A stretch of DNA of 64,000 nucleotides from an uncultured Fidelibacterota bacterium. Lineage in GTDB: Bacteria; Fidelibacterota; Marinisomatia; Marinisomatales; UBA1611. Of this stretch, positions 20,475-30,264 are shown one piece after another; position 1 is the first letter of the stretch, and each line of letters begins with the position of its first letter. The position numbers and the translations under genes are program-made. The DNA lies in assembly GCA_902562835.1 (NCBI GenBank), contig CACEUX010000003.1:6991-70990 (forward strand). The letters are read 5' to 3'. Under the pieces are notes generated by a model. It was not told the origin of the DNA. It made no database searches and saw nothing but the letters and a program-made list of their open reading frames with translations.

Positions 20475-20709
20475 AGCGGTTAAAACTTACCGTTGGATAG
20501 CATTGATAATTAAAAAATATTTTTAAATTAAAAATTTTACCTCAATTGAGAAAATACAATCTAAATAGAGGTAAAACTTTTGAATTGGGAAAATTCTCAA
20601 TATCTCTTAGATCACTTAACTTCCTTTATTAAAAAGTCTCTTGATAAATTTTTTACAATGAAAAAATTATCCTTTTTAAAGCTACTGACTAACTACTGTA
20701 ATTTAAAAT

Positions 20710-21387
20710 ATGAATAAAAAAAGCATTCTGTGTTTTGGTGACTCAAATACTTGGGGTTTTGTACCCGGGGCATTCGATCCTAACACTTTTTATATGGAGC
20801 GTTATGCTAGAGATATCAGGTGGCCAGGGGTCATGGAGAAAGCTTTGGGTATTAACTATCATGTAATTGAAGAAGGATTAAATGGCAGGACAACTAACGT
20901 TGAATATCCAGACATTGAAGGTAGGAGTGGTACATCATATATCTCACCATGTTTATACTCGCACTCACCATTAGATATTGTCATTATCCAACTAGGTATA
21001 AATGATCTTAAAATTATTTTTGATAGAGAGATTGAAACGATCACAAATGGAATCTCCGAAATAATTGATATGATTCAAGCGACAACTTTTGGGCCAGACA
21101 TGCAGAGTGCTCCCCAGATACTTATATTAAGTCCGCCTGCCTTAGCCCATGAAGGTTATAAAGATGTTGACAATAAACTGATTTTTATTGGGGGTATGAA
21201 AAAATCCTTTCAATTTCATGACCATTATTCAAAATTAGCGAATGATAAAGAATGTCATTATTATGACCTTTCATCAAAGGTAGAATATTCCCAACTAGAT
21301 GGTCTCCACCTTGATGAAAAAGGACACAAAAGATCAGGTGATTTGATTGCTTCAAAGATTCAATCTATTTTTGGATCAGAAACGTAA
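20710..21387 (+). CDS. SGNH/GDSL hydrolase (arylesterase-like)
   Basis: Block I CFGDSNTWG, block II GLNGRTT, block III GINDL and block V DGLHLD. Confidence 0.8.
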   Translation: MNKKSILCFGDSNTWGFVPGAFDPNTFYMERYARDIRWPGVMEKALGINYHVIEEGLNGRTTNVEYPDIEGRSGTSYISPCLYSHSPLDIVIIQLGINDLKIIFDREIETITNGISEIIDMIQATTFGPDMQSAPQILILSPPALAHEGYKDVDNKLIFIGGMKKSFQFHDHYSKLANDKECHYYDLSSKVEYSQLDGLHLDEKGHKRSGDLIASKIQSIFGSET

Positions 21388-21499
21388 AAACATATTTTTA
21401 TACAGATATTGTGATTGAACGTGAATTATTGACTTTTTTTATGAAAATGATCTAGAATCAAGGAACCCAATATTGTTTGGGTGCGTATCTTAATAAACA

Positions 21500-24400
21500 A
21501 TGAAATTATTTTTTACAACAGTACTTTTTCTTACTACTTCCTTAGGTGCTCAGTCCTTTGGGAAAAATAAGATGCAGTATAGAGATTTTGATTGGAGCTT
21601 TATTCAAACTCCTCACTTCGATATTTATTATTATGGTGAGCAAAAAGACCTCGCAGAATTCGCTGCAGAGGTTGCAGAAGAGTCTTATGAGCAAATATCC
21701 ATACACCTCCGCTGGGATCTAAAGCGTCGAGTCTCTATTATGGTATATAATTCCCATAATGAATTTCAACAAACCAATGTAGTTGGTGCCTATATGCGTG
21801 AAGGGGTTGGGGGGGTCACCGAGCTATTCAAAAATAGGGTTGTTTTCCCTTTTGAAGGGAATTATGAACAATTCCGTCATGTCATTCACCATGAATTAGT
21901 ACATGCCGTCATAAATGATATGGTTTATGGTGGAAGAATGCAAAATGTTGTTTCTAGTAGAACAAAAATACGTGTTCCTATATGGTCAAATGAAGGGCTT
22001 GCTGAATATCTAAGTTCAAACTGGGATACCAAGGCAGATATGGTTCTAAGAGATGTTGCTGTTCATGAAAGAATGCCATCTGTTAAAGAATTAAATTATT
22101 TCATGGCTTATAAAGGTGGGCAATCCCTCTGGAGATTTATTGCAGGGAAATATGGAAGGGAAAAAATTGGAGACGTGTTTCGCTCTATGAAGCGAACTCA
22201 AAATGCTGAAAAAGGTTATGAAAATGCATTGGGTATGAATTATGAAGACCTCACCAAGCAGTGGCATAAATATCTCAAAAAGGAATACTGGCCTGATGTT
22301 AAGGATAGAGACCCACTTGAAGATATGTCAGAGAAATTAACTGATCATAAAAAAGCGAGGAACTTTTATAATGTAAGTCCTGCACTTTCTCCTGATGGAA
22401 GTATGGTTGCTGTTCTATCAGATCAAAATGGGTATTTTGATATACACATACTTGATGCAATGACCGGTAAAAATATTAAAAAACTTGTCAAAGGTAATCG
22501 CTCTGTTGATTTTGAAGAATTGAAATGGCTACAGCCCGGTCTATCCTGGTCTCCCGATAATAAAAGTATCGTTGTTGCAGCAAAAGCAGGTAAAGGGGAT
22601 GTATTACATATAATCGATGTTGAGACTAGAAAAGGTCAAAAATATGAAATTGATATTGATGGTGTATTTTCTGCATCATGGAGCCCAAAAGGAGATCTAA
22701 TTGCTTTTGTTGGGCAGTCCGGTAAGTCAAGTGATATTTATCTTTTTAACTTAATCAATAAATCGACAAAGAAGATCACAGATGATATTTTTTCAGACGC
22801 CTACCCTTCATGGAACCCCGAAGGAACAGAGATCGCTTTTGTTTCAGATCGAGGAGATTACGTTTCAGGTAAATACAATGGTGCCATGCATTTACATGAT
22901 TATAGTCAAACAGATATTTATACGGTAAATATTGAAAATGGTAAAATAAATAGGATAACAGATACAGAATACAGTGAGACCCATCCAGTCTGGGCTAATA
23001 AAACTAATAAACTTTTTTACACTGCTGATTATAATGGGGTTTGGAATTTATTTATTCATCCCCTCGAAAATGATGAACAGTCAACCTCTGAAGATAATGA
23101 AAATCAACCATATCCATTAACTAATGTTTTAACGGGGCTTCAGCAGCCAACATTATCAGGTGATGATAATATGCTTATTTTTGCAGGATATTCAGGAATC
23201 GGATGGGACCTTTATAGTCTAGCTGAACCTTTAAAATTAAAAAGAAGGTCTGTTGAGCCTACCCAGTTCATTCTTAATCAAAAAACAGAAACAGAGACGC
23301 TGGTTGACCTTAGAGGTCATAAGTCAAATCTAAAATCGGAAAGAGGACAGCAGCAGAATGATTATTCAGGTTGGATATTTGCAAATGGGTACCAAAATTT
23401 TAATTCCTCGATCGATGAGGGGGCAGCAGTTGAAAAAATAATTTCCATTGACTCTTCAAAAGTAGATGGTGAGTATGTGTCAAAAGATTATAAGACAAGG
23501 TTTACCCTTGATCTGGTAAGTGGTAATCTACAAATCAGCAATGTTTTTGGTACAAGCGGCATGACCTATTTTGCATTTAGTGATATTCTAGGTGATCACC
23601 AGATAGCATTTGGTACAGAGATGGTATTGACACTTGAAAATAGTGACTACTTTTTTCAATATGGTTATCTAAAAAATAAAATGGATTATTATTTTACCGC
23701 TTTTCAAAACGCGAATTTTTTCAATGTGGATTACTTTTCGTTTGCACGATTAAGGCACTATGGTCTTCAAGGGATTGTATCTCAGCCATTCAGTCGTTTT
23801 CAAAGACTAGATTATGGCCTTTCATGGCATAACATTAATTATTCAATTTTAGAGCAGACCTTAGTAAATGATTTTGGGCAATATGAATATTCAACAACAT
23901 ACTCTTCCACATATTCTACCGTATTGCCAAGATTAAGCTGGGTGTATGATAATTCAATTTTTGGCTTTACTGGTCCCGTTGATGGTCTGAGGCAAAATAC
24001 GACTATGACCATAAGCCCAGGGTTTGGATCAGATCAATTAAAGTTCCAAACTGTGAAATCAGATGTGAGAAAATATTGGCGTTTTGGTCGAGATTATACC
24101 ATAGCACTAAGAGGTTTTATTGGTAAGAGTTTTGGGCCAAATAAGCAAAAATTCTTTTTAGGTGGGATTCCATATTTGTTAGGTGGAGGTGGAGAGACCA
24201 ATGGAGTTCCAGATAATGGCAATTTTAGAGAAGTAATCACAGATACATCAAATGCCACTCTAATACATGATGTTTATTTTACGGAATACGCTTGGCCCTT
24301 AAGAGGCGCTCGATTTGCTGAGAGGTATGGAAATACAACCTCTCTATTTAATATTGAAGTCCGGTTTCCATTCATCAATTATCTCGCACTCGGCTTCCCA

Positions 24401-24670
24401 TTAAAAATGATATTCGGGAATATTCGAGGGCATGCATTTGTAGACATAGGCGCAGCATGGGACAATCCTGATGAATTTTCTTCAAAGATATGGCCAAGTA
24501 GATATGGCCCAACTGTGTCTGGCGACTATTCGCCTTGGGTATCTACTGCTGGGCTAGGAACGAAAATAAACTTAGGATATTTTTTATTGAAAATAGAAAT
24601 GGCTTGGGATAGAAATTCAAACGGTTATTCTAAACCACAATGGTATTTTTCTTTGGGTCCTGATTGGTAA
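21500..24670 (+). CDS. Outer-membrane fusion protein: MA-clan zinc-peptidase-like domain, TolB/PD40 beta-propeller and an Omp85-type beta-barrel
   Basis: Signal peptide; HHELVHAV (HExxH) plus NEGLAEYL; at least six PD40-like repeats (SPDGS..., WSPDNK..., WSPKGD..., WNPEGT...); and a C-terminal barrel ending in an aromatic residue (...YFSLGPDW). Confidence 0.7.
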   Translation: MKLFFTTVLFLTTSLGAQSFGKNKMQYRDFDWSFIQTPHFDIYYYGEQKDLAEFAAEVAEESYEQISIHLRWDLKRRVSIMVYNSHNEFQQTNVVGAYMREGVGGVTELFKNRVVFPFEGNYEQFRHVIHHELVHAVINDMVYGGRMQNVVSSRTKIRVPIWSNEGLAEYLSSNWDTKADMVLRDVAVHERMPSVKELNYFMAYKGGQSLWRFIAGKYGREKIGDVFRSMKRTQNAEKGYENALGMNYEDLTKQWHKYLKKEYWPDVKDRDPLEDMSEKLTDHKKARNFYNVSPALSPDGSMVAVLSDQNGYFDIHILDAMTGKNIKKLVKGNRSVDFEELKWLQPGLSWSPDNKSIVVAAKAGKGDVLHIIDVETRKGQKYEIDIDGVFSASWSPKGDLIAFVGQSGKSSDIYLFNLINKSTKKITDDIFSDAYPSWNPEGTEIAFVSDRGDYVSGKYNGAMHLHDYSQTDIYTVNIENGKINRITDTEYSETHPVWANKTNKLFYTADYNGVWNLFIHPLENDEQSTSEDNENQPYPLTNVLTGLQQPTLSGDDNMLIFAGYSGIGWDLYSLAEPLKLKRRSVEPTQFILNQKTETETLVDLRGHKSNLKSERGQQQNDYSGWIFANGYQNFNSSIDEGAAVEKIISIDSSKVDGEYVSKDYKTRFTLDLVSGNLQISNVFGTSGMTYFAFSDILGDHQIAFGTEMVLTLENSDYFFQYGYLKNKMDYYFTAFQNANFFNVDYFSFARLRHYGLQGIVSQPFSRFQRLDYGLSWHNINYSILEQTLVNDFGQYEYSTTYSSTYSTVLPRLSWVYDNSIFGFTGPVDGLRQNTTMTISPGFGSDQLKFQTVKSDVRKYWRFGRDYTIALRGFIGKSFGPNKQKFFLGGIPYLLGGGGETNGVPDNGNFREVITDTSNATLIHDVYFTEYAWPLRGARFAERYGNTTSLFNIEVRFPFINYLALGFPLKMIFGNIRGHAFVDIGAAWDNPDEFSSKIWPSRYGPTVSGDYSPWVSTAGLGTKINLGYFLLKIEMAWDRNSNGYSKPQWYFSLGPDW

Positions 24671-24717
24671 ACCTTACTTGATTAGGCGTGTCATGATAAT
24701 CAATTTCCTAACCCATC

Positions 24718-26070
24718 ATGGCTAACATTAGACAGAAAACAGCTTATCTCTGCAGTGCTTGTGGAGATGATTTCCCAAAGTGGAATGGACAATGTCCTTC
24801 ATGTAAAGAGTGGGGGACTCTTTCTGAATTTAAAACTACTCGTAAAAAGAACAATAAACGTATTGATCTAAAGGATTCAAGATCCTTAAATGATGTATTA
24901 AACACCAATCCTGGCGATAGGATATGTACTGGCATTAATGAGGTGGATCGAGTGCTCGGAGGTGGACTATTAGCTGGTTCACTAATACTACTTGGGGGTA
25001 ACCCTGGAGTTGGAAAATCAACCTTAGCACTACATATTTGCTCAGAATTAGATCGAAAAGCGCTCTATATTTCTGCTGAAGAGAGCGAAGAGCAGGTGGC
25101 ATTGCGCGCTAAACGCCTCAATGTAAAATCAGAAAATTTATTTTTATCAGGCGCAAATGAACTCGATGGAATATTAAATCATCTAGAACGAATTCAGCCG
25201 GACCTACTAATTATTGACTCCATACAGACCGTAATGAATTCCGAGCTTGATTCACTCCCTGGCTCACCTAGCCAAATTCGGGATTGTGGCCAAAGACTCT
25301 TAGAAACAGCTAAGCAAAGAAATGTAGCTATTCTGATTGTGGGGCATGTAACAAAAGACGGCACCATAGCTGGACCAAAGATGCTTGAGCATATGGTAGA
25401 CACGGTCTTATATATGGAAGGAGATGATCGCTATGATCATCGCATATTACGTTCAGAAAAAAATAGGTTTGGAGCGACACATGAAATAGGAATATTTCAA
25501 ATGGATGAAAAGGGACTGTCAGAAGTGAAGAACCCATCTGAGATGTTTTTAGCAGAGCGAAGCATTGAGGTTGCGGGTACTAGTATCTATCCATCATTAG
25601 AAGGTACAAGACCAATATTGGTCGAAGTCCAAGCTCTGGTTTCAAGTGCAAACTATGGAACCCCGCAAAGAAATGTAAATGGGTTTGATTATAAACGGCT
25701 AGGAATGTTGATCGCAGTTTTAGAAAAAAGAATGGGACTTGCAATGGGTAGTAAAGATGTATACGTGAATTTAGTTGGAGGTTTTAAAGTTGATGACCCT
25801 GCGTTAGACCTATCTATTATTTCATCTATCGCATCTAGCGCAATGGATAAACCAATAGATCAAAAGATCATACTTTGTGGAGAAGTAGGTTTAGCAGGAG
25901 AAGTACGTTCTGTTAATCGCCTAGAGTATCGTTTAAGCGAAGCTGCAGCATTAGGTTTTGATACAGCAATTGTGCCAGTTGCAAATATGAAAAATGTTGA
26001 TAAGGTGGAACTAAATATTGGTGTCCAAACTGTCAAGTATGTAAAAGATGTATTCCAATTATTATTTTAA
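24718..26070 (+). CDS. radA: DNA repair protein RadA/Sms
   Basis: Zinc finger CSACG...CPSCKEW, Walker A GNPGVGKST, the KNRFG motif and a Lon-like C-terminal domain. Confidence 0.95.
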   Translation: MANIRQKTAYLCSACGDDFPKWNGQCPSCKEWGTLSEFKTTRKKNNKRIDLKDSRSLNDVLNTNPGDRICTGINEVDRVLGGGLLAGSLILLGGNPGVGKSTLALHICSELDRKALYISAEESEEQVALRAKRLNVKSENLFLSGANELDGILNHLERIQPDLLIIDSIQTVMNSELDSLPGSPSQIRDCGQRLLETAKQRNVAILIVGHVTKDGTIAGPKMLEHMVDTVLYMEGDDRYDHRILRSEKNRFGATHEIGIFQMDEKGLSEVKNPSEMFLAERSIEVAGTSIYPSLEGTRPILVEVQALVSSANYGTPQRNVNGFDYKRLGMLIAVLEKRMGLAMGSKDVYVNLVGGFKVDDPALDLSIISSIASSAMDKPIDQKIILCGEVGLAGEVRSVNRLEYRLSEAAALGFDTAIVPVANMKNVDKVELNIGVQTVKYVKDVFQLLF

Positions 26071-26076
26071 CTCTTT

Positions 26077-27210
26077 TTGAAATTCTCATTAAAAAAAACT
26101 GACCCTAATTCTAATGCAAGGACTGGCACCTTGTATACTGGGCATGGAGAAATAGAAACTCCAGTATTTATGCCAGTTGGTACAGTTGGAGCTGTAAAGA
26201 CCTTTACTCCTGAAGAGCTAAAGAATATCAATTCACAGATCATATTAGGGAATACATACCACCTATATCTTAGACCTGGCACTCCTATTATAGAGCGTGC
26301 TGGAGGGCTCCATTCTTTCCTCTCTTGGGACAAACCAATCTTAACTGATAGTGGTGGCTTCCAGGTCTTTTCCCTTGCAAAGCTAAATAAGATATCTGAT
26401 GAAGGAGTTGCATTCCAATCTCATTTAGATGGAAGCAAGCATTTGTTTACGCCAGAGATATCTATGAAAATTCAACGAGACCTGGGGTCGGATATAATAA
26501 TGGCATTTGACGAGTGCCCTCCGGGTAAATCAAGCCTTGAAACGGTCAAAAATGCCGTACGAAGAACAACTGATTGGATGAGTCGTTGCCATAAATGGCT
26601 CTCGAAAAACCCAGAAAGATATAGCCATGAACAAGCAATATTTCCCATCATGCAGGGAGGGACTCATCACTCCCTTAGACTTCAAAGTGCAGAACAATTA
26701 ATACCATATTCAACTATTGGTATGGCCATAGGGGGCCTCGCTGTAGGAGAGGAAAAAGACGCTATGCTTGATACAGTGGAATATTGTGATAGTATCCTAC
26801 CAAAAAATCAGGCTAGATATCTGATGGGTGTAGGTAAGCCATCCGATATCTTGGCTGCAGTAAATCGGGGCGTTGATATGTTTGATTGTGTAATGCCTAC
26901 GCGCAATGGTAGGAATGGACATATCTTTACCTCAAAAGGGGTGATCAATATAAGAAATGAAAAATTTAAAGAAGATCTGGGTCCTATAGATACTGAAAGC
27001 TCTCATCTTTGGGGACAGAAATTTTCAAGGTCATATGTTCGACACCTTTTTAATATCAATGAAGTGCTGGGCCTTAGAATTGCATCAACACTTAACCTTG
27101 TTTATTATCATGATCTCATGAAAAGAATTAAGAATCAGATCGTGAAAGGCAATTTTAATAATTGGTCTAAAGAAACATTAAATAAAATGAAAGATATGAA
27201 AGGGATGTGA
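26077..27210 (+). CDS. tgt: tRNA-guanine(34) transglycosylase
   Basis: (M)KFSLKKTD...ETPVFMPVGT, LTDSGGFQVFSL, and the Zn site region CDC..PTRNGRNG. The apparent start is TTG at 26077. Confidence 0.95.
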   Translation: MKFSLKKTDPNSNARTGTLYTGHGEIETPVFMPVGTVGAVKTFTPEELKNINSQIILGNTYHLYLRPGTPIIERAGGLHSFLSWDKPILTDSGGFQVFSLAKLNKISDEGVAFQSHLDGSKHLFTPEISMKIQRDLGSDIIMAFDECPPGKSSLETVKNAVRRTTDWMSRCHKWLSKNPERYSHEQAIFPIMQGGTHHSLRLQSAEQLIPYSTIGMAIGGLAVGEEKDAMLDTVEYCDSILPKNQARYLMGVGKPSDILAAVNRGVDMFDCVMPTRNGRNGHIFTSKGVINIRNEKFKEDLGPIDTESSHLWGQKFSRSYVRHLFNINEVLGLRIASTLNLVYYHDLMKRIKNQIVKGNFNNWSKETLNKMKDMKGM

Positions 27211-27671
27211 TGCCAAAGGTCATTGTTAGGGTTATTGATGCTTACGTGTTTAATAGGAAGAATAAGGAGATAAGGTTTCTATTGCTCAAGCGTGCTAAAA
27301 CAAAAATATACGAGCACTTATGGCAAGGTGTAGCAGGTAAGATAGAGGCAGGGGAGACATCATGGGAAGCAGCTATACGAGAGCTAAAAGAGGAAACAGG
27401 ATTTGAACCAGTTAGAATATTTGTAGCAGACCATGTCAGTAAATTTTATGAAGCGCATGGTGACTGGGTCAATATGGTGCCTGTCTTTGGTATTGAAGTT
27501 GAGGATGAAGAAGTAATATTATCTGATGAACACTGTGAATTTAAATGGGTGGACTTTAATACGGCTCACCAAACTCTTATCTGGAGTGGCCAGAAGGATG
27601 GTATTACAGCAATATTTAATATGTTAAATTCAGATGATGATCGAATCAAGTGGTCAGAAATTTCATTTTAA
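27210..27671 (+). CDS. NUDIX hydrolase
   Basis: Nudix box GKIEAGETSWEAAIRELKEETG. The ATG at 27210 overlaps the tgt stop (TGATG). A GTG at 27207 is the alternative start. Confidence 0.85.
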   Translation: MPKVIVRVIDAYVFNRKNKEIRFLLLKRAKTKIYEHLWQGVAGKIEAGETSWEAAIRELKEETGFEPVRIFVADHVSKFYEAHGDWVNMVPVFGIEVEDEEVILSDEHCEFKWVDFNTAHQTLIWSGQKDGITAIFNMLNSDDDRIKWSEISF

Positions 27672-27688
27672 ATATATAGGAGAAAAAG

Positions 27689-28144
27689 ATGTTAACAGAA
27701 GGAATGAAAGCGCCAGACTTCACTTTAGATGACCAAGATGGTAATCAGGTTAGTATGAGTGACTTTCAAGGTCAAAAAGTATTAATATGGTTTTATCCTA
27801 GAGCAAGTACACCCGGATGTACCACTGAAGGAAAAGGGCTCCGGGATGAGTTCAAAAATTTTAAGAAAAAAAATGTAGTTATAATCGGTATAAGTGCTGA
27901 TAAAGTTAAAACCCAAAAGAATTTTTGTATCAAACAAGATTTCCCTTTTTCACTTTTATCTGATCCAGATAAAATAACCATTAGAGCTTATGAGGCCATT
28001 GGTTTGAAAAAAATGTACGGTAGGGAGTATGAAGGTATTTTTAGAGTATCATACCTAGTTGATGAAAATGGAATTATTGAAAGGGCATATGACAAGGTCA
28101 AGCCAAAAGACCATGCACAGCAAGTTCTAGAAGACCTAGCTTAA
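27689..28144 (+). CDS. bcp: Thioredoxin-dependent peroxiredoxin Bcp
   Basis: FYPRASTPGCTTE (peroxidatic Cys) and a length of 151 aa. Confidence 0.9.
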   Translation: MLTEGMKAPDFTLDDQDGNQVSMSDFQGQKVLIWFYPRASTPGCTTEGKGLRDEFKNFKKKNVVIIGISADKVKTQKNFCIKQDFPFSLLSDPDKITIRAYEAIGLKKMYGREYEGIFRVSYLVDENGIIERAYDKVKPKDHAQQVLEDLA

Positions 28145-29070
28145 ACAGAAATAAACAGTGCTTCTCTTTTAAAGGATGATTGATTTTTTAATTCATCCAA
28201 ATACCCCATCATAACGGAGTGTCCTTTTATTTTTAATTGTGTTTTCTGTTTACTAAAACTTGTTAAATGTATTGGTGCATTACCTATGCATACAGCAGCA
28301 GTATTTTCTGGGCATACCCCAATATCATTTTTAGAGAATTCAGATAATTTTTCGATGTCTTTTCGAAAATTATAACTATGCTCTGAATCCCCGAAAGTAA
28401 TATCTGGCTTCGCTCGATCAAAGATACACCCCGAATAAATTGGTAAGATTGCTTGAAATATGACCCAAGCAGTTGACCACGGCTTTAGATCGCAGTGTAA
28501 ACTAGTTCTGCTTTTTAATCCTATAGCTTTTTGTATTCCATTTGTATTCACTAATAGATTGTAATGAGATAAACGGATTCCGAACTCACTTTCAAAGGTT
28601 AGCAGTGCTTCATCATCAAGTAGAGGCTTGTATTTAGGTTTATAATTAATCGGATAACTTTTAATCTTTTCAAATAAGCTGATTTTGCTTTCAAGGTCTA
28701 GTTTAGTATTCCATACTTTTTTTATCTTACTTGTATTAGCATCCACAGCTAACACACCTACAGCACCTAAATTCCAAACTCCAAATAGAAAGATCTCGCT
28801 TTGCGGATATTCGAGTTCAGGAATTATAATCCTTTGTTTTGGCTTTAGCCCTAAATCCTCAAGCCAATGAGAAGTTTGTTGAACATAATCATAAAAAATT
28901 TGGTTAGTAATATTCAATTCCTTAATAATGACCTGATCAGCATATTTTATGTTCTGTCCTTCGATCAAGGAACGCATTGATGGGTAGGGTATCATATATT
29001 CAATTGGTTCAACATTCCCAATGCACTGTGCCTGATAAATTTTACTTTTTATATCTAATGCCATCATCAA
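28141..29070 (-). CDS. Truncated, degenerate adenylate-forming (AMP-binding) enzyme-like protein
   Basis: It is collinear with the N-terminal subdomain of acyl-CoA ligases (LGLKPKQRIII...GAVGV; DDEALLTFESEFGIRLSHYNLL in place of DD.A.I.FTSGTTG.PKGV..H.NL; IKGHSVMMGYLD). It has no P-loop and ends where the C-terminal subdomain would begin. Confidence 0.4.
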   Translation of the reverse strand: MMMALDIKSKIYQAQCIGNVEPIEYMIPYPSMRSLIEGQNIKYADQVIIKELNITNQIFYDYVQQTSHWLEDLGLKPKQRIIIPELEYPQSEIFLFGVWNLGAVGVLAVDANTSKIKKVWNTKLDLESKISLFEKIKSYPINYKPKYKPLLDDEALLTFESEFGIRLSHYNLLVNTNGIQKAIGLKSRTSLHCDLKPWSTAWVIFQAILPIYSGCIFDRAKPDITFGDSEHSYNFRKDIEKLSEFSKNDIGVCPENTAAVCIGNAPIHLTSFSKQKTQLKIKGHSVMMGYLDELKNQSSFKREALFISV

Positions 29071-29144
29071 AACTAAATAAAATCTATAGATAGCTTCTTA
29101 TAAATTTTCTTCGTATTCTGATACATAACTATTGAATTTGTCCT

Positions 29145-30239
29145 ATGAAGAAAACTGTAATATCATTGATTATCCTAAATATGCTCTTTGGAAGTAATCT
29201 TGATCAACAATTAAAAATTGCTGGGGGAAATGCGCACCAGATTAAGAAAGCGATAACAGGAGTACCAAAAGAGCAGCTCGCTGGCATGGAATGGCTTATT
29301 AAAAATATGCAGAAAGAAGACTTAAGAAGTCTATCAGCTCAATTTTTACTTACGAATTGTGAACTTGCTTATGATGTGTGGCAGAATAACAAGTGGGGTA
29401 AGAAAATACCAGAAGATATCTTTCTTAACTTTTTGCTTCCTTATGTTAGCTTAAATGAGCGTCGAGATAGTTGGCGCCAAGATTTTCATAATAGATTTTC
29501 AACTATCATTAAGAATACTAGTTCTATATACGATGCTGTGGCTTTATTAAATCAGAATATCTATGATAATGTGGGGGTAATATATTCCACGGACAGACCA
29601 AAAGCAGACCAATCTCCCTATGAAAGTATTGATGCTGGCATGGCCTCTTGTACGGGTTTAAGTATTCTTTTAATTGATGCTTGTAGGAGTGTTGGTATAC
29701 CTGCACGATTTGTGGGGACCCCACTTTGGTATAATAATTCTGGAAATCATTCGTGGGTTGAGATATGGGATGATGAGTGGCATTTTACGGGTGCTGCAGA
29801 ACCAACTGGAGAGAAACTCAATGAAGCCTGGTTCTCCGACCTAGCTAGTAAGGCTGTTCAAGGTGATATGACATATGGTATATTTGCGGCAACCTGGGAG
29901 AAAACAGATATATATTTTCCAATGAATTGGTTACCCCAAGTAAAAACATATAACGCTATAGATGTAACTGCTAGATATAGACTAGAAGAAATCGAAACTG
30001 TGTTGATTCCGATTCGTGTCAGGGCTCTAGACTCTTCTGGCCAAAGATGTGAAGTAAGAGTTACAGTAATAGGCGATGACAATAGTATCAAAGAGGGATT
30101 CAGTAAAGATAAGACGTGCGATGCCAATGATCATCTCACCTTCATGCTCCCAAAAGGTAAAACATTCAAAGTCCAGTCCGAAGAGGTGGAAAAGACGATT
30201 AAAGTAGTTAATGAAGAGTTAATTGACCTTAAACTTTAG
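29145..30239 (+). CDS. Secreted transglutaminase-like cysteine peptidase domain protein
   Basis: Signal peptide. The transglutaminase core has Cys (GMASCTGLSILLIDACRSVGIPAR) and His/Asp (NHSWVEIWDDEWH). Confidence 0.75.
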   Translation: MKKTVISLIILNMLFGSNLDQQLKIAGGNAHQIKKAITGVPKEQLAGMEWLIKNMQKEDLRSLSAQFLLTNCELAYDVWQNNKWGKKIPEDIFLNFLLPYVSLNERRDSWRQDFHNRFSTIIKNTSSIYDAVALLNQNIYDNVGVIYSTDRPKADQSPYESIDAGMASCTGLSILLIDACRSVGIPARFVGTPLWYNNSGNHSWVEIWDDEWHFTGAAEPTGEKLNEAWFSDLASKAVQGDMTYGIFAATWEKTDIYFPMNWLPQVKTYNAIDVTARYRLEEIETVLIPIRVRALDSSGQRCEVRVTVIGDDNSIKEGFSKDKTCDANDHLTFMLPKGKTFKVQSEEVEKTIKVVNEELIDLKL

Positions 30240-30264
30240 CGCACTAATTAACTTCACTTAATAT

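Noticed and set aside
20669-20728. 19-aa ORF (MKKLSFLKLLTNYCNLKYE) just upstream of and overlapping the SGNH hydrolase start, considered as a leader peptide.
   Set aside because: It is too short, its composition follows the AT-rich background, and there is no associated attenuator structure.
21463-21480. Small hairpin ACCCAA-tattgt-TTGGGT upstream of the 1056-aa gene, considered as a terminator or regulatory RNA.
   Set aside because: The stem is only 6 bp with no U-tract, and it sits 20 nt before the start codon. This is too weak to call.
26067-26333. 88-aa minus-strand ORF across the radA/tgt junction.
   Set aside because: It is antisense to the highly conserved N terminus of Tgt (ETPVFMPVGT) and has no motif of its own.
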